Shown here piece by piece: positions 1-11,426 of a stretch of 35,327 bases of DNA. A program made the position numbers and the translations under genes. Position 1 is the first letter of the stretch. Each line of letters opens with the position of its first letter. The notes under the pieces are model-generated. The model searched no databases. It was given only the letters and a program-made list of their open reading frames with translations, and had not been told where the DNA came from. The stretch spans positions 1 through 35,327 of the forward strand of contig JALAGF010006557.1 of NCBI GenBank assembly GCA_030167865.1, given 5' to 3'. Source of the DNA: Craspedostauros australis. Its lineage: Eukaryota.

Positions 1-38
1 TCTAACTGAGGTTCCGGGTTCGAATCCCGGCATGGTAC
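1..38 (+). tRNA. 3' half of a tRNA gene or tRNA-derived sequence, truncated by the window edge; isotype uncertain
   Basis: Perfect T-arm CCGGG-TTCGAAT-CCCGG (14-30), a 7-nt acceptor strand CATGGTA, then T-tracts (CTTTTGCTTTT) resembling a Pol III terminator. TCT at 1-3 could be an Arg anticodon, but the variable loop would then be only 3 nt. Confidence 0.6.
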
Positions 39-74
39 TTTGCTTTTGCTCACCCCTTGTGATTTTTCGATAGT

Positions 75-1233
75 GCTCTAATAGGAGATGGGAGTGGGCA
101 TTGTGGGAACTGCAAGGAATCATTGTGGATTCCCTCCCAAGGAAATGAAGGACATTGAAGATGATCGCTTCAACTCTCTGTACATCTGGACAGAGAGTGA
201 CAAGTATGTCATTACTTGATGGGTGGACAACAATGTGGTGCTCATGGTGAGTACAGTCCATTATGCAAANNNNNNNNNNNNNNNNNNNNNNNNNNNNNNN
301 NNNNNNNNNNNNNNNNNNNNNNNNNNNNNNNNNNNNNNNNNNNNNNNNNNNNNNNNNNNNNNNNNNNNNNNNNNNNNNNNNNNNNNNNNNNNNNNNNNNN
401 NNNNNNNNNNNNNNNNNNNNNGTGATCAGCTTCTCGCATACTATCAACCAAATCTGCAGTGTTGAAGGGTATGGATGCCAATCATGTTTCACCTACTTGA
501 CATACTGAGGGTGAACTCATGGATCGCGCACAGTCACCTTGTGGAGGAGGAGGATTGAATGGATTACAAATCATATGGCTTGGCAATGGTGGAAGCACTG
601 GTGTGGAAAGCGAGNNNNNNNNNNNNNNNNNNNNNNNNNNNNNNNNNNNNNNNNNNNNNNNNNNGACTGGAATGCTGCAAACAGGATCCCAAGAATGATT
701 GATGACTACAATCATTGGATGGGAGGGGTGGATTGGTGTGATCAGCTTTTCGCATACTATCAACCAAATCTGCGGTGTTGAAGGGTATGGATGCCAATCA
801 TGTTTCACCTACTTGACATACTGAGGGTGAACTCATGGATCNNNNNNNNNNNNNNNNNNNNNNNNNNNNNNNNNNNNNNNNNNNNNNNNNNNGGCTTGGC
901 AATGGTGGAAGCACTGGTGTGGAAAGCGAGGACCTGCAAAGTCTGTGGCACAAGGAGGGCAAGGAGAATCCTAAAGAAGATAAGAACAAGGATAAGGATG
1001 AACAATAATCAACCAGTGTTGAGCAAGGATAGGTTCATGGGTGTGTATAAAGACCATGGACAGAAAATTGACAAAGATGGAAAGCAACGACTTTGCCAAT
1101 ATTGCTGCTGCTTGAAGGCCACAAAAAAATTACTGGCCTAGAACAAAACACTCCCAATAGGGTCAAACGGATCTGCAGCTTGTGTAGAGTCCATGTCTGC
1201 AAAGATCATTGGAGTATATACCATGGAAGGTGA
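75..1233 (+). pseudogene. Degenerate piggyBac-like (DDE_Tnp_1_7) transposase, C-terminal part
   Basis: Translated fragments GIVGTARN..., WVDNNVVLMVSTVH, IPRMIDDYNHWMGGVDWCDQLFAYY and MFHLLDILRVNSWI, plus a Cys-rich tail (RLCQYC...RICSLCRVHVCKDHWSIYH), match piggyBac transposase motifs. The frame is broken by stops, frameshifts and N gaps. Confidence 0.85.
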
Positions 1234-2351
1234 CGAAGTATAGTAAAACAAAAATTCAGTGGCTCNNNNNNNNNNNNNNNNNNNNNNNNNNNNNNNNNNN
1301 NNNNNNNNNNNNNNNNNNNNNNNNNNNNNNNNNNNNNNNNNNNNACACGGTGTCGAGATATACGATATAATAGCGAATTATCTCTGGGTAATGAAGGGAT
1401 AGAGTGTGCATGTGGAGGGAAGGCAGTGTGTGCTGATTGAGACATGGACGAAGCTCAACGTCCCCGGGCATGAACGGCAGCAGAACCGAGAACAAGGCAG
1501 TGTAAAAGTCAAGGCGGGGGTGAAGATCTGGATTACCCACCAACCCACAACTCTGGATTTCGACCACTGATCCACAGCCCAGATGAAGCATCATCATCAC
1601 CATGCCTACTGCTACCGGGCAATCCTCAACATCTCTTCGCACCCAACCGCCTTGCCCACGCGAAATGTGAGTCTGTCGATCAAGGGCACGACTGGACAGC
1701 AAGCTGAAGCACGACTGGTGATTCCCAACACACTTTGCCCTTCTGCGTCCGCATGCCTTTTGTTTCTAGTCGTAGACTAGTGCGAAAAATATAAACTTTT
1801 TAACTATAAGGTCCAGGCATCTAATATTTCACCCATATACCCTCCACAACATAATAGGATGAACCATGTCTTCGAATTAAAAATCGGCAGGAATGTACTA
1901 TCGTATCCTGAATGGGGTCGTACAGCCAAGGAGGGGAACTCACGATAAGACTCGTTCCGCAGTGAGTTGCGACATTTATGATTCTTTTCGACGGTTGTGA
2001 GACGTTTGGGCGTATATCACACCAATGACATCCCCCAGATTTATGATGTTGTGTCTTGTCCGTTTGTCAAGACAAAACGAGACGGCACCCACGATGCTCC
2101 AAGTCAATGAAGCAGAAACAGTCACACAACAACAGACATACTTGTCAGATATCAAACAGACAGACGTGGGACTAGATTGACTGTCATTCAAATCCACGTT
2201 TGTGATTGACTCAGCAGAGCAACTTTATTGGTTCAGATATGAGGTCCGATACATCGTCTGTACTACCACCCACAAGCGCACCGACAATCCGCCCATCAAT
2301 GGCAGCGCCAAACCCAAATCCCACAAGTGTTTAGTTGCGTACGTAGATACT

Positions 2352-2709
2352 TGTTAAAATAGCGCGCTGCGGAATCGAACCACGGAGCCAGTCCACGCCC
2401 TGCATGAACACAAGAAATTAACGCTTATAACCCATGTCGCGACACCCTCCCTAATTCTTGGATTCATGCCCTTGAGCCCCCCTATCATGAGGACCCCCCA
2501 CACTCTATTTTTATACTGCCGCTGTAGGCAGTCGGCAAGTTTCGGGTGTTTCTGTGTGTTTTTTGTAGCAGGGGTGGGTACCAGCCGACGGAATCGAACC
2601 TTAGGCCACGCTACCATGTTAAAATAGCGCGCTGCGGAATCGAACCACGGAGCCAGTCCACGCCCTGCATGAACACAAGAAATTAACGCTTATAACCCAT
2701 GTCGCGACA
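2352..2709 (-). mobile_element. TRIM (terminal-repeat retrotransposon in miniature), non-autonomous LTR element, 358 bp
   Basis: Two identical 93-bp TG...CA direct repeats (2352-2444, 2617-2709) and a 6-bp target-site duplication GATACT (2346-2351, 2710-2715). On the minus strand, PBS TGGTAGCGTGGCC follows the 5' LTR and PPT AGGGAGGG (2445-2452) abuts the 3' LTR. The 172-bp interior is non-coding. Confidence 0.92.
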
Positions 2710-3988
2710 GATACTTGCATCGTACGAGCTGAAAGAACATTGACGCATGCGGACTGCCATACCAGGACAGAATACTCTTTCTGTGTAGTCGTACGATTGT
2801 GGTGGATAGAGAGGTAGAGAGAACAGAGTATCAGTACCATGTGCACACATTTCAGATCGGCAGCGTGTGCGAACACAACAGAACCATGAAAGAACACCAG
2901 AGAGCAAATGTCAACGGCTTCAGCTTGAGTCAAGCACTTGCCATCCACAGACGTCACTCGTCTGCGTTGCATAGGCGAGTGTACCTGTGTACGTAGTCGT
3001 GGATCGCACGAGGATGATGCCGATCGACATCTTCGCCAAAGCAGTTCGTGTGGGATGTGATGTCTGGCTCGATGAGCTTCATGTTGTAGCCGTCGAAGTC
3101 AGCAGCTGCCGTTTCCGCTCTTCACCAGAATCATCCGTTCTTGATGGTCGTGGAGGACATCATGCACTTATCACATTGCAGAATCCCCAAGAATGGTTGT
3201 CAAATGCGAATCAATCATGGGCGACGACGAGGGAACGCGACAGCGCACAGGCACGAGTACGGATAGCTACTGATTGCTGCGCATCTGCATCGAATGAGTA
3301 TGCTGGACAACAAGTCCGTAACACCAGAGCCGAGCAAAAGTGCCAGCTGCTTGTGTGCCCAGTGCATTAGCGTTGGTCTCCTTGAACTTCTCCCGCGCTT
3401 CGCGGATCTGCCGACGTCTATCTTGTCGCGCGCGCCATCGCGCATCACCATCCGACATCTCTCCCTCCCGTTACTTCTCCATCACTTTCTTCTCCACGCA
3501 GACCCAGCGAGGCGTTCAATCGTTGAAACGTCGACCCACTCCTCGGTTTCCATCATTATTCTCGATACACTCTTCCATACGAGCGTCATATCCATCGCCG
3601 CCCATCACCACCCACTGGCAAGCGTAAGTGTGACAGATCTTGAACAGGCGTCCATCATGACATGCCGATGATGCCGACCACATGTGCGCGTGCTCACAGA
3701 TTCTGGTTGGCAGCTACTGTCTGCATCCGTCGAGTGTTGTGTCGGCTGTCCACTCGTGCTTGGCTTTGGTGTTGATGATTGGTCTGGCATGCAAGGTGGA
3801 GCCAACGTGTTGCTCAACTTGCCTGTGCGGATAGCTCTGAGCTTCTGTTGAAGGGAATGGTGGCTTGGTGATGCTGTTGGTTCCCTGAGCTGTTAGCTGC
3901 TTGTTCACGAATTGTGTACTCGTATGTGGCGCATGTGGCATCCGATCACACAAGAACGTTTGCGCTCACATAGCGGCAGTAGCGCTCC

Positions 3989-4034
3989 CTCTCTCTCTCT
4001 CACACACACACACTCTCTCTCTCTCACACACACA

Positions 4035-4074
<40 letters not shown>
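3989..4074. repeat. Compound (CT)n/(CA)n microsatellite
   Basis: Alternating CT and CA dinucleotide runs are directly visible. Confidence 0.95.
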
Positions 4075-4076
<2 letters not shown>

Positions 4077-4271
4077 CGTCTGACGTGGTCGGTTTCTGAC
4101 GATCATCCGTCGAGGCCTCTGTTCCACTCTTGACTTCAGCCATTTCCAGCCAGACAGAAGTCCTCACATACCCGGACGTGGAGAACGAGCATTCATACCA
4201 ATACCACGCCGACATATCCCAAGCTTGCATCGAATTTCGATCCAACACAACCGACTCAGCAAGAAGAAGTC

Positions 4272-4805
4272 ATGACCCGTCTCATCCAAGCTGACCGCCA
4301 AGATAACGATGGCCGGCGCAATTCTGGCATCCCTCAAGGTCAATCGTTGCGACGACCAAACTATCCGTCTGACCAAGATCGGCAGCGATCATTCAGGACG
4401 GCATTAACGTCAGTGGATGACCGCCATCGTCACATTGATCTGAGCCACGGCGACAACATGTCGGCGTCGTCGTTGCCACCGCCATTGCCAATGGCAACAA
4501 ACGCGCTCGGGACCGCACCTGCAACTTTGGCCATTTCTACGAATGGGAATATGACACTCCATGAAGTTCTTGGTCACCCATCTTCGGCCGCAGCCTTCAT
4601 CCGAACAGGATGTCACCCCATTGGAAACCGCCATATCAGCGGCGACAGTGCTCATGGTGTTTCTCCGGGAACCACCAGCTCTGAGCTCCTTGCCGTCATC
4701 GATGCGGTGCTCGATTTGGTTCAAGAAGATGATAACCATGGTGCACGGTCTTCTCGCGCAGTCGACGGCATTTGTCCAATCGAACAACTGGGTAATCCGC
4801 ACTGA
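4272..4805 (+). CDS. Hypothetical protein, 177 aa
   Basis: ATG-initiated ORF downstream of a CT-rich tract. Mostly low-complexity, with an amphipathic C-terminal helix LLAVIDAVLDLVQED. No family recognised. Confidence 0.45.
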   Translation: MTRLIQADRQDNDGRRNSGIPQGQSLRRPNYPSDQDRQRSFRTALTSVDDRHRHIDLSHGDNMSASSLPPPLPMATNALGTAPATLAISTNGNMTLHEVLGHPSSAAAFIRTGCHPIGNRHISGDSAHGVSPGTTSSELLAVIDAVLDLVQEDDNHGARSSRAVDGICPIEQLGNPH

Positions 4806-6044
4806 GGTCGGGCTGCCGCACGACTTCGACACTACCTGCGAACCAGCAGGCCTGAGCTTGACTGGTATCCTGGAGATACCTGCACCTCATTTTTCGTGAC
4901 CAATAGCTATTGATAAATTGTGTCTTCGTAGTATCACGTTCATGGTGAACTTCAGCCAGCTTACAGATTCTCGGCCACTGGCGACGAATCATGGTGACAT
5001 GCCTCAAGTATCAACGTGCGCGGGTCAATGCTTGCTCGGGATGGCTATACTCGATCTGAACGCTCGATCGTCCCATGATCTGTGCCAGGCTCCTCGCGCA
5101 ACTGCAACTGGGAGTTGAACAGAGGTCGGTGTGACCAGGGCGGATGCGTGCATGGGTGGAACAGCGTAGATGCATTGCCGATCCAGCACCTCACTGTTCG
5201 GAATGGTCGATCGGTGCATCGAATATCGGGTGCCTCTCTGATGCGGTAGATACACGAGGTTGCATTTTGCAATGTGGCGGTTCGGCAGATCTCCTGGCTT
5301 CAGCCCTGATGAATTGTGTCGTTGTGGATTTTGACATTCGTGAGAGTAATGGATATGCAGCCTCGCCGTTCAACAGTACAAGTTGCCACATGTTCATTCC
5401 TGCCCTTGGACTCCGCTGCCAAGCTCTGATGACACAACCACTCAGTGTGCGTTCTATGGCTTGCATCACACCAGATGCTTGCTCCTCTCTGTGCTTGGCG
5501 AGAGAGTTTTGGCCTCTTTTGTTTCTCGATTTGCGATTTGTCTTGTGCCATCGCGATTGCTGTATCCTTTGTGCAGAATATTGATGAGCTGAGTGCACTG
5601 ACAGGAACAACGCACGATGAAATACTCGGTACATTTCCTTTGGCAACAGTAGGTGACGTCGATAATGAATCAGACTAATACGTAGAATAGAATAGATCGT
5701 TGGATAGTCTGTCGTGCACTGACTGCCTTCGATTTTCTGATGTAAGAGCCAACAGGACAGCAGGCCAAAGTATTCCAATGTTGCCTGCCACACCCTATCG
5801 CTTCGATAGCTTCGGCATTTCCGCATGCACGAAGAGTGGCGCTCTGACTCTGGCAGAATTGTAAGTGCTGAAGACCGTCAAGAGAACATCGTTTTTCTGC
5901 AAGGAGTAGAAGACCACACCAGCAGCATCGCAAATGATGTGTGCATCACACACTCTCTCTCTATCTATATGTGGAAGAGAGAGATAGTATAATAGAGTAG
6001 TATATCCATAATGAGGGTTTTCATGTCTGTGGAGACAAACTCTA

Positions 6045-6965
6045 CGTAGCTTGTCTCCACAGGCAAATTGAAGTCTCAATTTGCCTCCACAGGCAAATCG
6101 ACCCCCATTTGCCTGTGGAGACAAACGGAAGGTCGCCGAAAATGGCGACGTACTACTTAAGTCCCACATTCCTCCACGATGTCCCGTGTTGCAGAAAAAA
6201 AAACCCGATTTCGGTCCGAAACCCGAAAGTGGGTTGTTTTTTTTTCTGACTCNNNNNNNNNNNNNNNNNNNNNNNNNNNNNNNNNNNNNNNNNNNNNNNN
6301 NNAGGCAAATTGAAGTCTCAATTTGCCTCCACAGACAAATTGACCCCCATTTGCCTGTGGAGACAAACGGAAGGTCGCCGAAAATGTCAATGTACTACTT
6401 AAGTCCCATATTCCTTCACGATGTCCCGTGTTGCAGAAAAAAAAACCCGATTTCGGTCCGAAACCCGAAAGTGGGTTGTTTTTTTTTCTGACTCCTTCGA
6501 GTAACTCANNNNNNNNNNNNNNNNNNNNNNNNNNNNNNNNCGATGCAGCACGGCGTCATTGGTCATGTCTCAGGGGTTCCTTTCCGTGCGCCTGTCTTGC
6601 TTTTCTGACGTCATGGGATCTAAGGTAATGAGCTTTTACTTTTTGATTTTGATGTCATCCACCACGCTCCTGACAACAACACAAAATTCACAGCAACGGT
6701 GCGACACGACAAGGAGGGTGACGCACGACGCATGATCATTTTTTGTTCAATTCCCACAACTGCAACGATTATTATAAATTTAAGACATGAGGCATGTCGT
6801 GAGTCGACCTGGCCAGCGAAAAAGGGTTTGAAAAAAAANNNNNCTTCTCGTAAAGCGTATTTGGGCTAGTCCGTTGAGTCGCAGTTTGTCTGTGGAGACA
6901 AATGGACCCCAATTTGCCTGTGGAGACAAATTGCACCTCCAATTTGCCTGGGGAGACAAGCCACG
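6045..6965. mobile_element. MITE-like non-autonomous DNA transposon with TIRs and TA flanks
   Basis: The left end CGTAGCTTGTCTCCACAGGCAAATTG matches the reverse complement of the right end, CGTGGCTTGTCTCCCCAGGCAAATTG, at 24 of 26 positions. TA lies at 6043-6044 and 6966-6967. Each end carries three 18-bp palindromic motifs with mirror spacing of 30 and 28 bp. Confidence 0.7.
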
Positions 6966-7663
6966 TAGGCCAGTACCAGGCCGAAATCATTATGGATATG
7001 GTTGTGACAAACTCGACGAGGGGATTCTGAAATGATATATATTGTGAAGATTGAGCCAAAGACTTCTAAGTCCGGAGACATCAAAGATGGAGAGTCGAAT
7101 TTCTCGAAAAAGAGGCAAGATCCTACTGAACTCCTGTAGAATCCTACGTGTGGCCAAACATATCCAAACAAAACCCAGAGGGGGTCAACAAACACATCAA
7201 GATCGATGAGATAGTGGTAACAACAAGGTAATGTTATTACTTGCCTGGATAGCCCTGACTCTTAAGTTTACATTGATGTAAAGAGATGTTGGATTGAGTG
7301 TCTACAAAATCAAGTCTGAGGTTGGGATGATCAGGTCCAATATCTGTAGCCAACTGTAGCCAAACACCGCTAAAAATTGCCAATTGTTGGGGTATGTTTG
7401 TTTGAGGCGCTAGAACCATGAATAAGTACTTAGTTTTGAAATCCCAGGAAAAAGGTTAGACTGTACATTTCAAAGTGCAGGTCGACTCGCTCGATCTTTC
7501 ACAAAACAAGGTCACACAGCCGGATCCAAACTGGAACGCACAACCAGAATACTCGCACACCATCGACAAACATTGGATTGCATTATTTGGTGACGTCCCA
7601 TCTCTCTATCATTCGCATGTTACATCTGTGTTCCGCCTCCATCTTCCCTGCGTTGCATCTGCT

Positions 7664-8242
7664 CTATTCACCATACTTGTCGCGGAATGTGGAGATACTG
7701 CTTCCGGATTTGCCAGCCGCAGCCGAGACGCCCGACGTCCAATTCTCATCATTCTCGCGGACGAACTTGTCCCTCTTGAGGAGCTCGACGTTGCGTTTGC
7801 GCTGCAGCTTGGCCTGCTCACGTTCCTGCTCCTTCTTTTGTTCCAGCAGCCGTCGCGCCTTCTGCTTTTCGGACAGTTTTTCATCCGGCGCTGGCTTTTT
7901 GGCAGTAGCATGGGTCGTGGTGGTTGCCGCAGTGGCTGCTGTCATGGTCGCGAGAGCATCCGTAACGTGCTGCAGCGATGTTTGCACCTGGGTTGTGACG
8001 ATGGAGGTTGGTTCCGCAATGACGAGAATGGCCTCTGGCTGTGCTGTCTCCTGGTTGGGCTGCTGCGACTCGACGAACCCCACACTCTTGAGGATTTCCA
8101 TGGCCGGCGGATGGACGGCCAATCGGCTTTTGATCTTTTCATTCTCCAGTCTCAGCTGACGGTACTTGATGTCCTGCGCCTTGGCTGGATCTGCCAGGTT
8201 CTTCAGCACCACTTTGAGCAATTTGAGCTGCGCATTGATCAT
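7664..8242 (-). CDS. PUB-domain protein (putative p97/CDC48 cofactor); start uncertain
   Basis: LKLLKVVLKNLADP...KYRQLRLENEKIKSRL...AMEILKSVGF is the PUB domain signature, followed by a coiled coil. Confidence 0.8.
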   Translation of the reverse strand: MINAQLKLLKVVLKNLADPAKAQDIKYRQLRLENEKIKSRLAVHPPAMEILKSVGFVESQQPNQETAQPEAILVIAEPTSIVTTQVQTSLQHVTDALATMTAATAATTTTHATAKKPAPDEKLSEKQKARRLLEQKKEQEREQAKLQRKRNVELLKRDKFVRENDENWTSGVSAAAGKSGSSISTFRDKYGE

Positions 8243-9407
8243 CAAGCCATCATTCGGCAGTCGTAATCGAGCAGTGGATGGCCGTCATTGAGTTGTTGTG
8301 TGCGCATCGTGGAAATGGAAATGGAGGCAGGCCGCCGATGTATGTGCAATACGTTACCATGCAACGCAGCGAATTCCCGATGTGCGATCAATGTCCACCA
8401 AAGGAGCAGCGGTACGAGGGAAGAGAGAAACATGGAATTAAGAACAGGAGTCGTCGACGAAGAGAGAACGTGGTATCAAGTTAGCAAAGAAGACGTCTTG
8501 AATCACCCAACCACACCTGCGTCTACTGTTGTTGCGATGCTCTTCCAGTTGTCTCATTGGCTTGCTCAGACGCATGAAGAGGCCATACGTGGATATAATA
8601 TGATGATCTTGAAGCAGAGACCATTGTTCGGCAATGCCCAACCGCGACCATCCATCAAACATCGGCACGAGCAAGACCAGCGACCAAGAACGTGGAGAAT
8701 GTTGGAAGACGTACGCAGTCAATCTTCTGCTGCGCTGGCATGGCACCATCCTGAACGATGATCTGCACAGGGTTGGAGCATTCGGATGATAATCGGAGCA
8801 CCATGGTTGTTGTTGTCTTGTTCTTGTTGTTGTTTGGTGACGATCGTCTCTGTACTGTTTCGATTATGTGCTCTTCTGCTTTTCTCTCGTTTCTTGTGCC
8901 AAAGAGCCTCTCGTGGATGACCGTCTTTTCGTGTGCGTCTTTGTTTTCCTTTCGTTTTTCGCCTGTCTCCTTGTTGGAGTTTTTGTGTGTGCGACGTTGG
9001 TCGTGATGGGCGTGTGACGGAAGCCAAAAGAAGAATCGTTGTGGAAGAATTGGAAGAAGAGAAAACGTGTCTGTGTCCAAAGCGCGTTTTGGATGGAGTG
9101 CTGCACACCCACATAAAAGGACATTGGAATACCGAACCACGAACGATCAATCCCAACAGGATGAACGGACAGACGATTCACACCAACAAACCGAATCACC
9201 CCTTGACAACACGCAATGGCCTTTCTTGTGCGAGCGCGAACAGCTTTCTCGACTCGATCTCGTCGACACATGGTAGCATTTGTGATTCAATCGCACTGTT
9301 GGCGCCGTCTTGTCATGATGCTCTGTGTCGGTACTCATCCATCAACTCCGACCATTGATCAATAGCCTACACCCTCGTAGGAATCATTGATGGCATTCAT
9401 AGCATAG

Positions 9408-10910
<1,503 letters not shown>

Positions 10911-11426
10911 GATGGAGCAGGTGGTGCGGGCTGTGTGACAGGCATGCATAGTTACAAGCGTATAGTACACGCGGTGGATAGCTTGCTACTCGCAGAGTAA
11001 ATTGGTTGCTCTGCACGTACGTATTCCATTCTACTCTCCAAACTGCTCACTCGCCATGCACATACTCTCTAGCTTTGTCTGTGTTAGCTTGATTTCGGAA
11101 AGAACGAGGATTCGTATCCTCTCGCCAACCAAGATCGCAAGCGAAGGCCCTTTGTGCTCCTCTGTTCCATCTTCGCCCATGATCATCACTGACAGAGTGC
11201 GTGGAATGGGTCGTGTGCGGCTATTCGCATAGTCTGCACAAGGGAGATGCGTGGGATGGGTATTGTGCACATCAACACATATCAACACACATCAACACAA
11301 CAGACCACTTGTCCATCGGTTCACAATCACAATCATATCATTATACTTGTGGAATCACACACCCACACACTCCATCCCAGCACATCCAATTGCATTGCAT
11401 TACCACACAACACTTGACATAACACG

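Noticed and set aside
422..930. Near-duplicate piggyBac segments (422-614 versus ~738-930)
   Set aside because: Both are bounded by N gaps, so this is probably scaffolding of collapsed repeat copies rather than a true tandem duplication.
2577..2616. tRNA-Leu-like sequence GGTAGCGTGGCC...GGTTCGATTCC as a tRNA gene
   Set aside because: No anticodon arm or cloverleaf; its position next to the LTR identifies it as the PBS region.
2354..2972. Two minus-strand ORFs with identical C-termini
   Set aside because: An artefact of reading through the two identical TRIM LTRs.
2720..5930. Many short ORFs, here and at 1345-2340, 8288-9358 and 24972-25975
   Set aside because: No recognisable motifs or coding bias; treated as intergenic or UTR, except the tentative 4272-4805 ORF.
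6061..6492. ~240-bp-period tandem duplication inside the MITE-like element
   Set aside because: The copies are separated by an N gap and differ slightly; they may be two haplotypes or paralogous copies joined by the assembler.
6022..6960. Regularly spaced palindromic repeats resembling a CRISPR array
   Set aside because: The spacers are only 10-12 bp, the arrays are inverted at the two ends, the context is eukaryotic and there are no cas genes.
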